A stretch of 64,000 bases of DNA from an uncultured Chroococcidiopsis sp. (GCA_964248365.1 CAXTYC010000010.1:1-64000), one strand, 5' to 3'; shown: positions 10,912-22,531, counted from the first letter of the stretch. Numbers and translations: made by a program. The notes: generated by a model from the letters alone, not told the origin.

Positions 10912-11712
10912 TTACCCATTACCCAAGTCATTCTGCTTCATTTTGAAAATTGTTGGTAAATTCCACCAAGGAACATGAGGATATTCGTGATGTTCTTCAT
11001 GATATCCAAAGTGATAACAGGTAATGAATGACCAGAAAATTGGCAGCGGATTAGATGTGGCACGATGAACGTTTGTATAACCGAATTCTGGTTCTCTGTG
11101 GGGTAAAAAAGTACCAAAATAAAACAATTGAAATGAACTCAGAATTGAGGGAATCACCCAAAATAGAGTTAAGTTTATCTCAGGAGTATGGAAAAAATAT
11201 TTAATACTATGGAAGACAAGCACTAATCCTATAATTTGCTTCCAACTCCAATAGCCTTTGAAAAAATGGAAATACCACGCAAAAAAGTTTTTATGCTGAC
11301 TATCATGAAAGTCAGGATCGAGGTTGCTAGCTGGATTATGATGGTGTAGCCAATGCTTTTTCAATAACGTGTCATAGGGAAATAGGGCATAAACAAATAC
11401 TGCTAATTTCCCAATAAAATTATTAATTTTAATGTTTGCCGGAAAAACTACTCCATGCATAGCATCATGAGCAGTAATAAATAATCCTGTATACAAAAAC
11501 ATCTGCCAAAGGATAGCTGACAAAATCAAAACAGTTTGTATTTTAGAAACATTGATTGAGAGTAAAAAGCACAAGCTAGTTGCCCATGTACCAATCACGA
11601 GAAAAGCAATCAAAATCCCCTTAGCGGAATCTATCGAGGAATCTTTACTGTTGAAATTCTGTATGATTTTATGCGGCTTGGCTGGCAAAGATGCTGGTGT
11701 AGATGTAACCAT
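10912..11712 (-). CDS. crtW: Beta-carotene ketolase
   Basis: [35 protein letters not shown] and [11 protein letters not shown] histidine boxes. Confidence 0.9.
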   Translation of the reverse strand: MVTSTPASLPAKPHKIIQNFNSKDSSIDSAKGILIAFLVIGTWATSLCFLLSINVSKIQTVLILSAILWQMFLYTGLFITAHDAMHGVVFPANIKINNFIGKLAVFVYALFPYDTLLKKHWLHHHNPASNLDPDFHDSQHKNFFAWYFHFFKGYWSWKQIIGLVLVFHSIKYFFHTPEINLTLFWVIPSILSSFQLFYFGTFLPHREPEFGYTNVHRATSNPLPIFWSFITCYHFGYHEEHHEYPHVPWWNLPTIFKMKQNDLGNG

Positions 11713-12221
11713 GACAGTGGTAAAAACTCAATCGAATGGACGAAGTAAGAAAAATTTAGCAGTTTTAAGTATTGTAAAGCAATTTAATAATATTTGTTAA
11801 GAAAAATGTTAGAAAGCGGTTGAATCTAGGCAGTGATGAGCTTGTTTGTGATAGAATATAAGTAATTAAGAGATTAAAAAAAGTTATTTAATTTTGTTTA
11901 TAACTGTACTTAAGAAATAAAAGCTCTCTGGACTAGGTGAATAACTAGTTTACTATTTTGTAAGAATTAGAGCTTTCAAGTATTGGGATAAATTGTGGGA
12001 GATTTAGTTCTAATCTGCCATCAAATGAGAAATGTTGATTATTACAGTTATCATGGTAGCTAGTTATTGTTACGCCGCTATATGTCTGTAGATACAAACT
12101 GTATCCAGTTCCTACGGATGATTTACTTAAAATAAGTGTTTGTTTTAGTATGTGAGTCTGCAAACGTAAAATACGTAGCTTTTTTACTAAACTTGCAGCA
12201 AGGAGATAGAATCTCCAGATC

Positions 12222-12248
12222 TCGTTTCCAGGCTGAGCCTGGAAACGA
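12222..12248. repeat. REP-like palindrome TCGTTTCCAGGCTGAGCCTGGAAACGA
   Basis: Related copies at 14938-14960, 20859-20889, ~24403-24420, 33459-33492 and ~34171-34198, mostly just 3' of genes. Confidence 0.8.
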
Positions 12249-12256
12249 AAAATGCT

Positions 12257-12910
12257 TTAAGCTGTAGTAATCCCTACTGGACAAGCAACACTCGTTCCAC
12301 CTAGTCCACAGTATCCACCAGGATTTTTGGCAAGGTACTGTTGATGATAGCCTTCGGCGTAGTAGAATTCTGGAGCGTCGATGATCTCAGTAGTGATGTT
12401 TGGGTATCCTGCTTTGCTCAGAGCTTGCTGATAAGCGTCTCGTGATGCTTCAGCCTGTTGTTTCTGGCTTTGAGAATACACATAAATTCCTGATCGGTAC
12501 TGAGTGCCAACATCGTTACCCTGGCGCATACCTTGGGTAGGATTGTGGTTTTCCCAGAAAACTTTCAGCAGTGCTTCATAACTAATCACTTTCGGGTCAA
12601 ACACAACGCGCACGACTTCGTTGTGTCCTGTCATACCCGAACATACTTCTTTGTAGGTAGGATTGGGCGTACTCCCAGCAGCATAACCCACTGCCGTAGT
12701 AAACACTCCATCGAGTTGCCAAAATTTACGTTCTGCTCCCCAAAAACACCCCATGCCAAACATCGCCATTTCTAACCCATCTGGATATGGGGGTTTGAGG
12801 GGATTACCATTGACATAGTGTTTGTCTGGTACGGGCATAGGTTCTGAGCGTCCAGGTAATGCCTCAGAGGGAGTGGGTATAGCTAGTTTTTTGCCAAATC
12901 CGAATAGCAT
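12257..12910 (-). CDS. msrA: Peptide methionine sulfoxide reductase A
   Basis: [16 protein letters not shown] and AEGYHQQY motifs. Confidence 0.97.
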   Translation of the reverse strand: MLFGFGKKLAIPTPSEALPGRSEPMPVPDKHYVNGNPLKPPYPDGLEMAMFGMGCFWGAERKFWQLDGVFTTAVGYAAGSTPNPTYKEVCSGMTGHNEVVRVVFDPKVISYEALLKVFWENHNPTQGMRQGNDVGTQYRSGIYVYSQSQKQQAEASRDAYQQALSKAGYPNITTEIIDAPEFYYAEGYHQQYLAKNPGGYCGLGGTSVACPVGITTA

Positions 12911-13129
12911 TGATTTTGACTCTATTTTCTGAAAATCTTTACCTTACTTAATATTGTAGAGTTTTTTGCAATTAAAAAAGGGTTTTTCCTATTGGGTTAA
13001 AGTTCGGGTATCCAGAAAATTATAATTTTCAACATGACTTAAGAATCAATCCGCACCATGCTTTATTTGTGCAGTTAGCCAATTCATGGTTTAATCTGTA
13101 TCAGTAGTAAAACAAAGAAAGATGTATCA

Positions 13130-13807
13130 ATGAAAAAGTTGTTAGTGGCAACTGTTGGGACATTTTTATTTACAAGTACTGCCCAGGCAGCTACATTTGT
13201 GGATAGTAGAGATGCACTTGAAGCTAATGATTTAGTAGATTGGTCTGTTCTTGGTCCAACTTTTACTCCTGTTGCAAACCCATTTGTAACAACCTCATCG
13301 TCTGGGCTTGATGTGAGTGCAAGTATTCCCTCTGGCTCTTTTTTGAGAATTGACCAAACACCTGCTTTTCCAGGTGCTTTTGACGTGGGTGATGCCCTTC
13401 TTTTTACCCAGCTTGGGAACCCAGGTCCATTGACTGTTACATTTAACACTCCTGTGTTTGGGGCAGGTACACAAATTCAATCAGACCCAGTAAACCTACC
13501 TAATTACACTGCAACAATTGAAGCGTTCGATAGCTTTAATAATAGTCTGGGCAGCTTTGAGCTTACAAGTATTAGCAAAAGAGAAGCTGGCAGCGGTGTA
13601 GTCTTTGTTGGTGTATCTGATAGTAACCCCAACATCAAAAAATTGGTGTTGAATACCCAAGAAGAAGGAGTTAATGTACCTTTCGCTCTAAATGAAGTCA
13701 GCCTTAAAACGAGTGCAGCCGTTCCTGAACCTTCATCGATGTTGGGATTATTAGTGCTGGGGATAGGAGGTACAGTTTTTAAGATCACAAGTAAACAAAA
13801 GGCATAA
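13130..13807 (+). CDS. PEP-CTERM sorting domain protein
   Basis: Signal peptide ending AQAA; C-terminal VPEPSS, TM helix and basic tail. Confidence 0.9.
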   Translation: MKKLLVATVGTFLFTSTAQAATFVDSRDALEANDLVDWSVLGPTFTPVANPFVTTSSSGLDVSASIPSGSFLRIDQTPAFPGAFDVGDALLFTQLGNPGPLTVTFNTPVFGAGTQIQSDPVNLPNYTATIEAFDSFNNSLGSFELTSISKREAGSGVVFVGVSDSNPNIKKLVLNTQEEGVNVPFALNEVSLKTSAAVPEPSSMLGLLVLGIGGTVFKITSKQKA

Positions 13808-14025
13808 AGCCCGAAGGCGACTGTAGCCTGTGTGTATAAGTTATCCGCTTCGTCAGACACCCTGATCTTTTACAAGCTTAGGGTGTTTGTGTGTAAGTCA
13901 AGAAATTGTTAACTTATATTGCTATATTGCGAAATTAAATTTACCGTTATAAAATCAGCATTAATTTATCTTGAATCAGAGACTTTTGATTATATCTAAC
14001 ACTCATCCACCATAATAAACACTGT

Positions 14026-14919
14026 ATGACTGATAACAAATACTCCTTCCACAAGGGTCGATTATCCGAGTACAATCAATACATATACAGTCAATTATTA
14101 GAAGGATTAGCCACAATTTCAAATTTTGAAGATAGTAACTCAAAGTTTCCAGAAGCTGAAGGTAAGATCGACCAAGAAGTAGAAGACGTATTTAACTTAT
14201 TGTTAGAACGTGTTATTATCCAATCCAAGGTTACTTCAATTCAAAGGTTGTCACGCCAACAAGAATCAAATGTATGGAATAATATCGCTCCTACATTTTT
14301 GATGCAGTTATCTTTAATTGGTTATATATTTTGCTTTTTTGCAGCTATATTAGCAAAGTTAATAAGTCCTGTAATAACACCAGCAGCAACATATTTTATG
14401 CTCAGCATCTGCTTTTTAGCATTCTTCGCGTTACTGTGGGAAATTAGGTGGATCAGGCAATTTAAAAGTTCTGAAAAAGAAGTGCAAGAAGATTTTGAAA
14501 AGGATAGAGATAAAGCTGTAACATCTGATTGGGAAATAATAAATGAAATAATAGAAATAGCAAATTATAAGAAAAAAGTTTTACAATATGTTGAAAATAA
14601 AGTTGGGGCAACAATTGAAAAACAGCAAGATTGCTTAAAAGGATTGGATAAATTATTGAAGCTGGGAGCAATTTTTATTGTTGCAGTAGGCATAATTATA
14701 TTTAATCCTGGTTATTTTCAAATTTTAGCGAATAATATAGTTGCAGGTAATATATCGGCAGTGTCAGCTACTTTAGCTGTATTATTAGTAGTTGGCTCAG
14801 GTATTGTAATAATATATGGATTTATTTTTGAGTCAAGAAATCAAGTAAAAATTAACAGTTACAAAATGTGTTTGTATATGTTGAAACAGGCACAATTGGT
14901 AGTAGATAGAAATGGGTAG
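14026..14919 (+). CDS. Hypothetical AT-rich 4-TM membrane protein
   Basis: 297-aa ORF with two pairs of TM helices; resembles 19412-20148. Confidence 0.8.
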   Translation: MTDNKYSFHKGRLSEYNQYIYSQLLEGLATISNFEDSNSKFPEAEGKIDQEVEDVFNLLLERVIIQSKVTSIQRLSRQQESNVWNNIAPTFLMQLSLIGYIFCFFAAILAKLISPVITPAATYFMLSICFLAFFALLWEIRWIRQFKSSEKEVQEDFEKDRDKAVTSDWEIINEIIEIANYKKKVLQYVENKVGATIEKQQDCLKGLDKLLKLGAIFIVAVGIIIFNPGYFQILANNIVAGNISAVSATLAVLLVVGSGIVIIYGFIFESRNQVKINSYKMCLYMLKQAQLVVDRNG

Positions 14920-14986
14920 TAGCCAAGGGTTATTCTAGTTCCCAGGCTGAGCCTGGGAACGAAAAAAAATCCGATACCCATTAGGC

Positions 14987-15111
14987 GTAGGGGCGGGTTT
15001 ATTAAAAGGCTTCGATTATAACCGAAACTTCGGTAAACCCGCCCTTACAGGTATATTCGTGCAAGATGTCTATTGATTACCAACAGAGATTTTAGAAAAA
15101 CCCGCCCCTAC
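14987..15111. repeat. GTAG-type REP cluster
   Basis: GTAGGGGCGGGTTT (14987) pairs with AAACCCGCCCTTAC (~15035-15048); an extra AAACCCGCCCCTAC at ~15098-15111. Confidence 0.8.
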
Positions 15112-15114
15112 TAA

Positions 15115-17016
15115 TTATTTGGCGACACCGGAATGATCGGGGATATCTCCCACAGGTTCAAATCTACCACCCAAGTATTTAGCTAAAAACTCCTCGGCTT
15201 TGGCGTAGAAGTGCAGTCGATTTTCTGGACGAGCAAAGCCGTGTCCTTCGTCGGTGTAGAGAAGATATTCCACTGGCTTATTTGACTGTCGCATTGCCCC
15301 AACAATTTGATCGCTTTCGGCTTGCTTGACTCGTGGATCGTTAGCACCTTGAGCGATTAGCAAGGGTTTTTCGATTTTGTCAGCAAAAAATAGAGGCGAT
15401 CGCGCCTTGAGAAAATCCTGTTCGGTTTCCAAATTGCCGATCCGATGTGATTCCATTGCCCTGAGTGGTTTCCAATAAGGAGGTATACTCTCCATCATGG
15501 TGATCAAGTTACTTGGACCAACGATATCTACACCAGCAGCAAACACATCAGGGGTGAAAGTCAATCCTACTAAAGTAGCATATCCACCATACGAACCACC
15601 CATGATCGCCACTTTCTGCGGATCAGATATGCCTTGTTCCACCAGCCAGTTAACAGCATCTATTAGATCGTCGTGCATTTTCGCCCCCCACTCGCGGTTT
15701 CCAGCATTGACAAACGCCTTGCCGTAACCAGTCGAACCACGAAAATTAACTTGCAAGACAGCATAACCTCGGTTTGCTAGCCATTGCACTTCGGGATCGT
15801 ATCCCCAAGTATCCCGCGCCCAAGGACCACCGTGTACAAGCAATACCGTTGGTAAGTTCTTCGCGGGTTGTCCTACTGGTGTTGTGAGGTAGCCGTGAAT
15901 AGTTAGCCCGTCTCTGGCTGTGAAAGAAATCGGTTGCATCGATGCAAGCGATAAATCTTCGAGTTTGGGTTGGTTACTGAAAAGCAACGTGCTGGTTTTG
16001 GATTCTCGGTCGTAGGCGTAGTAGTAAACTGGTCCATTATCAGTAACGTAGACAACTAGCCAAGTTTTATCAGCTAGATCTCGGCTGCTGATACCGAATT
16101 CTCCCTCACGCACGTTGGCGATCGCCTCAAAATCTGCGGCAATACTAGAATCGAGTATCTCCCATTCTTCTTTATCCTTGTAAAAAGAAACCGCCTGGAT
16201 AATTAGTGAGATTGGGTGAACTATGATGCTATCGATATCATATTCAGGATCGGATGCTACGACAGTTTCCTGACGAGTCGCCAAATCAAGCGCTAAAAGA
16301 CGCTGAGCATTGGCATCATGAGTGCCTATTATATATAGTGTTTGACCATCCTGGGAGAAGGTGACTGGATAGCCTTCGTCATCTGGTCCCCAATGGCGCA
16401 GGTTTTCCCAATCCGAGTCTGGAGATTGTCTGTATAAAAGATCGGAACCACCATCGGGGGTAGTGGCGATCGCCGCCCTTACTTGAAACTGAGCGTCAAC
16501 TGACCAACCAACTATATTACCAGGATTTTCCGTGTCAAATTCCACCGCCCCATTCTTGAGATTGATGCGGTAAACATCGTGCTTACTCAGATCTTGTATA
16601 TTTAGCCCCACTAGCATTTCATTGGGGAAATTGTGGTCAAGTGCGATCGGCTGAGCCTGAATGCCTTGAAATGGGGTAAGATCGCGGACAATCTTTGAGC
16701 CAATGTTGACTGAGTAGAGATGCCAGTTTTCATCTCCATCCGAGTCTTGCAAGTAAATTAGCTGTTCGCCGTCATACGTCCAAAAATATATCCTCACGCC
16801 GCGCTTTTTATCTTCTGTCAACTGGCGTTCGTCTTGCTGTCCGACAGTACGCAACCACACTTGTAAGATATTCTTATCATCCGGTGCAATATACGCCATA
16901 TACTTGCCATCCGGTGAAAGTCGCGGGCTGCTGCGTTCTGGGTTGCCAAACAGAACATCACGCGGGATTAAGGGTGGTAACTCGGTTTTCGGTTGACTAG
17001 CAGTTGCAGTTGTCAT
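15115..17016 (-). CDS. S9 family peptidase (prolyl oligopeptidase/acylaminoacyl peptidase-like)
   Basis: HGGPW, GGSYGG nucleophile, GANDPRV and DEGHGF motifs. Confidence 0.95.
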   Translation of the reverse strand: MTTATASQPKTELPPLIPRDVLFGNPERSSPRLSPDGKYMAYIAPDDKNILQVWLRTVGQQDERQLTEDKKRGVRIYFWTYDGEQLIYLQDSDGDENWHLYSVNIGSKIVRDLTPFQGIQAQPIALDHNFPNEMLVGLNIQDLSKHDVYRINLKNGAVEFDTENPGNIVGWSVDAQFQVRAAIATTPDGGSDLLYRQSPDSDWENLRHWGPDDEGYPVTFSQDGQTLYIIGTHDANAQRLLALDLATRQETVVASDPEYDIDSIIVHPISLIIQAVSFYKDKEEWEILDSSIAADFEAIANVREGEFGISSRDLADKTWLVVYVTDNGPVYYYAYDRESKTSTLLFSNQPKLEDLSLASMQPISFTARDGLTIHGYLTTPVGQPAKNLPTVLLVHGGPWARDTWGYDPEVQWLANRGYAVLQVNFRGSTGYGKAFVNAGNREWGAKMHDDLIDAVNWLVEQGISDPQKVAIMGGSYGGYATLVGLTFTPDVFAAGVDIVGPSNLITMMESIPPYWKPLRAMESHRIGNLETEQDFLKARSPLFFADKIEKPLLIAQGANDPRVKQAESDQIVGAMRQSNKPVEYLLYTDEGHGFARPENRLHFYAKAEEFLAKYLGGRFEPVGDIPDHSGVAK

Positions 17017-17229
17017 TATTGCTTCCTGGTGATTGCTTCTTTATTGATTGTCACCCAGGAGATACAAAGGCAGTCAGTACGGAAAAGCGATCGCTTTTTG
17101 GTATTGAACACTTGCACTACATCACCAATTCGAGCTAAGCAGTAGTAAGCTAAAAATAGAGCCTGCTACTCATGTGATTGCCCCCTAATACATCTTCATA
17201 GGTTTAAACCGCTTTGGGAGGTAACAATT

Positions 17230-17550
17230 ATGTTTCGATTACGTCAAATTCTTCAGAACTCATTTATTCGCTTTGAAGGCTTCGTGTATCGACTTTTTGG
17301 TTTCTTCCGTCAGATTTTTAGTTTCCTCTACCAGCGCTTTGTTGTCTTCCTTCAATTGTTAGGGTTTACCAACTCTGGATATTTTCTGGAGTCAGAGGAG
17401 GTGAAGGACATAAAACCAGTTCAAACCAAACAATTGACTGAAGCAGAGCCGGACAAAGCACAATCAACCCCTACAGATACTCGTCGTCGTCCTGATGCCA
17501 AGATGGAATACTACCTCAACATGGCTCGACCAAAAAAGGCTTCGAGATAG
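17230..17550 (+). CDS. Small hypothetical protein
   Basis: ATG preceded by GGAGG; 106 aa. Confidence 0.7.
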   Translation: MFRLRQILQNSFIRFEGFVYRLFGFFRQIFSFLYQRFVVFLQLLGFTNSGYFLESEEVKDIKPVQTKQLTEAEPDKAQSTPTDTRRRPDAKMEYYLNMARPKKASR

Positions 17551-17646
17551 TATTTTCTAGTTTTAAAAGCTAACAGCTGATACTTACCTATAAGTCAATT
17601 TGAGTGTTATGGTAGAAAATCGTCAACGGCAGATCCGAAGGTAGCT

Positions 17647-19332
17647 ATGCCAGATGCTCGGTTTGATCAATACTACCGTTACGCAGACTTAACACGCATT
17701 TTGCATGAATATGCAGAAGAATTTCCTCAGCTTGTACATATAGAAAGCATCGGCAAAAGCTACGAAGAGCGTGACATTTGGCTGCTCACAGTAACCAGCT
17801 TTGCTACTGGTACGGATCGGGAAAAGCCTGCTCTCTGGGTGGATGGTAACATACACGCTACCGAAATAGCCCCATCAAGTGCTTGCCTGTATCTGCTGCA
17901 AACATTAGTCACAGGCTACGGCACCCACCCAGATATTACTCATTGTCTTGATACTCGCACCTTCTATATTTGCCCTCGTGTTAACCCTGATGGTGCAGAG
18001 TTAGCATTGAGTGACAAGCCGAAATTTATTCGTTCTAGCACCCGTCCCTATCCCTATGATGAGGAAGTAGGTGATGGGTTAGTGATGGAAGATGTGGATG
18101 GAGACGGACGCATCTTACAAATGCGTATAAGCGATCCTAACGGTGCTTGGAAACTTTGCCCAGAGGAACCACGCCTGCTGATACCGCGTGAACCGACAGA
18201 AACAGGGGGGCAGTATTACCGCCTTTTACCGGAAGGACACATAGAAAATTACGACGGAGTGCAGATCAATATTCAGCCGCCCAAAGAAGGACTGGACTTA
18301 AACCGCAATTTCCCTAGTGGGTGGCGACAAGAAAACGAGCAACTAGGGGCGGGTGATTATCCTACATCTGAACCGGAAGTGCGATCGCTTGTTTCTTTTA
18401 TCACCACTCATCCTAATATTACAGGTGCGATCGCTTTCCACACATTCAGCGGTGTTATATTACGTCCCTACAGCGACAAAAGCGATGACGAATTCCCAGT
18501 CAACGACTTGCGTACATACCAACGCATTGGTGAAAAAGGAACCGAACTAACTGAATATCCCGCTGTCTCCGTCTTTGATGAGTTTCGCTACCACCCCAAA
18601 GAATTTGTTACTGGTGCTTTTGATGATTGGGCTTACGAACACCAGGGGATATTTGGTTGGACAGTAGAAATTTGGAGTCCACAGCGGATGGCTGGAATTA
18701 CCGAGTACAAATATATTGACTGGTATCGAGAGCATCCCCCAGAAGATGACTTAAAGATGCTACGTTGGAGTGATGAAAAGTTGGCAGGTAAGGGATATGT
18801 TGACTGGTATCCATTTGAGCATCCCCAACTTGGTAAAGTAGAACTAGGCGGATGGAATGGGATGTATGCTTGGTCAAATCCCCCACCACAGTTTCTAGAA
18901 AAAGAAATTGCTCGTTTTCCTAACTGGGTAATATGGCATTTGTTAATTTCTCCCCGCTTGGAGATATATGAAGCCAGTGTAAGTAAGTTGGGTAATGACA
19001 CCTATCGAATACGCCTAGTTGTACATAATACAGGTTGGCTACCCACCTACGTCACCGAAAAAGCCCTAGAGAAAAAGCTGACGCGAGGCTGTATCTGTGA
19101 AATTGAATTACCTGCTGGTGCAACATTAGAAATAGGTAAATTGCGTGAAGAATTAGGACAATTAGAAGGACGCGCTTACAAACCTTCTGCACCTTTTAGA
19201 AAACAAGCCGATCCTACCAAAGATAGGGCAAAAGTGGAATGGGTAGTACGTGCTACTCAAGGTGGGGTAGTTAAGTTAATGGTAAAGTGCGATCGCGCTG
19301 GCGTTGTACGGAAAGAGGTGACGTTAGAGTGA
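17647..19332 (+). CDS. M14 family zinc carboxypeptidase
   Basis: GNIHATE, NPDG, DLNRNF, SEPE and FHTFS motifs. Confidence 0.93.
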   Translation: MPDARFDQYYRYADLTRILHEYAEEFPQLVHIESIGKSYEERDIWLLTVTSFATGTDREKPALWVDGNIHATEIAPSSACLYLLQTLVTGYGTHPDITHCLDTRTFYICPRVNPDGAELALSDKPKFIRSSTRPYPYDEEVGDGLVMEDVDGDGRILQMRISDPNGAWKLCPEEPRLLIPREPTETGGQYYRLLPEGHIENYDGVQINIQPPKEGLDLNRNFPSGWRQENEQLGAGDYPTSEPEVRSLVSFITTHPNITGAIAFHTFSGVILRPYSDKSDDEFPVNDLRTYQRIGEKGTELTEYPAVSVFDEFRYHPKEFVTGAFDDWAYEHQGIFGWTVEIWSPQRMAGITEYKYIDWYREHPPEDDLKMLRWSDEKLAGKGYVDWYPFEHPQLGKVELGGWNGMYAWSNPPPQFLEKEIARFPNWVIWHLLISPRLEIYEASVSKLGNDTYRIRLVVHNTGWLPTYVTEKALEKKLTRGCICEIELPAGATLEIGKLREELGQLEGRAYKPSAPFRKQADPTKDRAKVEWVVRATQGGVVKLMVKCDRAGVVRKEVTLE

Positions 19333-19411
19333 TGTTATATCAGTGAGCGTTTCTAACGCTCCCTACTGTTTAAATAAATTTACTACTTTCATTCAGGTCA
19401 AAAGGGAATTA

Positions 19412-20148
19412 ATGAATAAACAGATAATAGAAACAGAAGCACATAATTTATTTGAATTTTTGAAAAATATTGTAGTTGAACAACAAAGTAGAGAAAAAAT
19501 TATAACTCAGAACACACGGCGAGTTAATAGGAGTTATAGAATAAGCTCAGTTGGATCTGTTGTTTGCCTAATTTTATTTGTATTTTTTTTTACTTATTAT
19601 CAGACAATAAAGACAATTTTGCTGAAAGCATTGAAGGTGTTTTGATTGTATTATTCATATTTTTTTTATTGGGAGCTTTTGGAATATTTATATTAATACC
19701 AGTAATAGTTGGAATTGATGTTTTGTACAAAGATTCTAAAGAGTCAACACATAATCTTCTCAATAGAATAGGAAGAGATAACATATTTATTCAGGGTTCT
19801 GCTAAAAAGATTAGCAAATTTATTGGGATAAATATTTCAACTTTGGAGTTTGTTAAAACGGATTTAAAACTTGAAACAGATATAATACAAAGTAAAGAAA
19901 AAATTCTTGACAGCCTTGTTCCCCTACTAGCTGTTGTCGTCGTAGTAGTAATTGTATTCATTTTAGGTATAAATATTCAAGATATTAAATCACCCGTAAC
20001 ATCAGCAGGAATTGCAGCAGGTACACCACCACTAATATTTCAATTTTTTTATAAAAGACGGCTGCAAAATGAAATTATAAACTTAAAGATGTGTATAACT
20101 ATCTTAGAGCAAGCTCAAGCACTAGCCAATAATACCGAATCGAAGTAA
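19412..20148 (+). pseudogene. AT-rich membrane protein gene split by a frameshift in a T9 tract
   Basis: ORFs 19412-19645 and 19564-20148 fuse if one T is added at 19583-19591 (VFFFYLLSD...). Confidence 0.7.
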
Positions 20149-20176
20149 ACTATTAAGATATGTTGAGTAAAACATC

Positions 20177-20356
20177 ATGACTAAAAAACCAAACCTATTA
20201 TCAAGACTACGCAACATCAGTATTGAAGGTTCTGAAGATTTTGCCGCTAACCATGACTTGTATACAAGCGGAGAAAAGCAAATACCGAGTATTCAATCGC
20301 AAACAACTTGTCATGACACTAATCAGCAATTGGATAAACGTGACTCGAAAACCTAA
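20177..20356 (+). CDS. 59-aa antitoxin-like small protein (below ORF-track cutoff)
   Basis: MTKKPNLLSRLRNISIEGSEDFAANHDLYTSGEK... The D-F-A-x-N-H-D-x-Y motif recalls small antitoxins found upstream of PIN toxins. Confidence 0.5.
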   Translation: MTKKPNLLSRLRNISIEGSEDFAANHDLYTSGEKQIPSIQSQTTCHDTNQQLDKRDSKT

Positions 20357-20496
20357 CTCGCTAAAAATATCCTTAATTAGAACTTCTGTAAAAGCACACA
20401 ATTCCTTTGTATTACCTCCTTTGCCTCCTTTGCGTCTTTGCGGTTCGTTTCGATTGGTAAAATCATAACTGTAGCTAGCAATCAAAAATAGGTACT

Positions 20497-20850
20497 ATGG
20501 ATCTAACCGCACAAAAATGTACTGCTTGTCATAAAGATGCACCACGAGTAACTGAGGAAGAAATCGCACAACTCAAGCCTCAAATTCCAGATTGGAACAT
20601 GACAGAAGTAGAGGGAGTACCCCATCTAGAGCGTACTTACAAGTTTCCAGATTTCAAAACCGCACTAGAATTTACCAACCGTGTAGGTGAAATAGCAGAA
20701 GAAGAAGGACATCACCCAGCATTATTAACCGAGTGGGGTAAGGTGAAGGTAAGCTGGTGGACTCATGCTATTTGTGGATTACATCGGAATGATTTTATTA
20801 TGGCAGCGAAAACAGATCAAATTGCTGCTCAATTTCCCCAAAAGAAGTAA
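20497..20850 (+). CDS. phhB: Pterin-4-alpha-carbinolamine dehydratase
   Basis: [12 protein letters not shown] and NDFIMAA motifs. Confidence 0.92.
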   Translation: MDLTAQKCTACHKDAPRVTEEEIAQLKPQIPDWNMTEVEGVPHLERTYKFPDFKTALEFTNRVGEIAEEEGHHPALLTEWGKVKVSWWTHAICGLHRNDFIMAAKTDQIAAQFPQKK

Positions 20851-20920
20851 TATCTTTTTCTCGTTTCCTGGCTGAGCTTGGGAACGAGATTAATCTAAAA
20901 TATATAGCTCCAAAATCCCA

Positions 20921-22531
20921 TTAATGAGCGCCAGCACCACTTGTTGCTTTGACTTTTTTGAAGAACACAATAGCAATACCACTTAGCAACAAAGCCCAGC
21001 CAATAAAGTAGAAGCAATCGTTAAAAGCCATTACGTAAGCTTCTCGACGGACGGTATTGCTAAGAGCTGCGATCGCCTGATTTTGTGCAGTAGCCAAATC
21101 CGATCCTCGATTGGCAAAAAACTGAGTTAGCTCATTAATTCGCTGCTGTGTTTGGGGGCTATACAACGAAATCGCTTCCCCTAAACGATTTGAGTGAAAT
21201 TGCTCTCGTTGCGTTAACAATGTTGCCATTGCTGCAATTCCAATCGATCCACCCAAGTTACGCATCATATTAAACAAACCACTAGCCGAACCAGCCTGTT
21301 CTTTTTCAATATCAGCAGTAGCAATAGAAGAAAGAGGAACGAAAATCAGCGGTTGTCCACAAGCTCTAACAAGTTGCGACCAACGCAATTGATCGATACC
21401 TGTATAATGAGTCATATCTGAGTTCATAAAGCAGCTAACTGCAAACAAGCTTACGCCTACGGCAATTAGCAAGCGAATATCAAACCGTTGCATCAATTTT
21501 GGCACGAGAGGAACAATAAGTAACTGTGGCAATCCCAACCACGCGATTACTTCACCTATTTGCAGCGAATTGTATCCCTGAATTTGGGCTAAGTAGAGAG
21601 GCAAAATATACACCGAACCATATAACCCCAACCCCAGCGTTACATTTACAATACTGGCTAAGCCAAAATTGCGCCGTTTGAGCAAGCGCAGATTAATAAA
21701 CGGTTGCTTACGAGTTAATTCAATCCAAAAGAAGATAGTAATAAAAATTGCTGCAATTATTGATAACCGCACAATCAATTGTGAACCAAACCAATCTTTG
21801 CGGCTACCTTCTTCTAAAACTACTTGTAGCGATCCCAAACCAATCGCCATTGAAATAATCCCAAACCAATCCCCGTTTTTCAGTAAATGTAGTTGCAACG
21901 GTTGACGATTAAGCCCATACCAAACCGCACTCATCAATAACAACCCTGGAATCACATTCAGATAAAAGATGTAATGCCAGCTGAAGTTCTCTGTTAACCA
22001 TCCTCCTATAGTTGGACCAATTGCCGGAGCAAATACCGCCGTAAGCGCAAACATTGCCATTCCAATTGGTTGTTTTGCTGGAGGTAGCAATGTGAGAATA
22101 ATTGTGAATGCCATCGGGATTAAAACGCCACCTGTGAATCCTTGCAAAGCACGGAACACAATCATTGAAGGCAGATTCCATGCCCAAGCACAGCATACAG
22201 AAAAGAAAGTAAACAGACCAGCATTAACTACCAAATACCAGCGGATAGAAAACACCCGTGACAGCCATCCACTCAGGGGAATCACCACAATTTCAGCTAC
22301 TAGATAAGACGTGGAGATCCAAGATCCTTCCTCCAAAGTTGCTCCTAATGCCGCTTGAATCTCTTTGAGGGAAGCATTAGTAATCTGAATATCCAAAACT
22401 GCCATGAACGCACCCAAAATTGCGCCCAAAACAGCAATCCAGCTTTTGAGCGGAACTTGATTAGAAGAAGGTTCGGGAGAAGATTTTGCTGATAATTGAT
22501 GTTTTTGTCGCCTAATATCTGAATTATTCAT
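20921..22531 (-). CDS. DHA2 (EmrB-like) MFS efflux permease
   Basis: FMAVLDIQITN, FRALQG, PAIGPTIGG and RNLGGSIG motifs. Confidence 0.93.
   Translation of the reverse strand: MNNSDIRRQKHQLSAKSSPEPSSNQVPLKSWIAVLGAILGAFMAVLDIQITNASLKEIQAALGATLEEGSWISTSYLVAEIVVIPLSGWLSRVFSIRWYLVVNAGLFTFFSVCCAWAWNLPSMIVFRALQGFTGGVLIPMAFTIILTLLPPAKQPIGMAMFALTAVFAPAIGPTIGGWLTENFSWHYIFYLNVIPGLLLMSAVWYGLNRQPLQLHLLKNGDWFGIISMAIGLGSLQVVLEEGSRKDWFGSQLIVRLSIIAAIFITIFFWIELTRKQPFINLRLLKRRNFGLASIVNVTLGLGLYGSVYILPLYLAQIQGYNSLQIGEVIAWLGLPQLLIVPLVPKLMQRFDIRLLIAVGVSLFAVSCFMNSDMTHYTGIDQLRWSQLVRACGQPLIFVPLSSIATADIEKEQAGSASGLFNMMRNLGGSIGIAAMATLLTQREQFHSNRLGEAISLYSPQTQQRINELTQFFANRGSDLATAQNQAIAALSNTVRREAYVMAFNDCFYFIGWALLLSGIAIVFFKKVKATSGAGAH

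Noticed and set aside
11945..12163. 72-aa AT-rich ORF between crtW and msrA
   Set aside because: No recognisable motif or RBS, so it cannot be supported.
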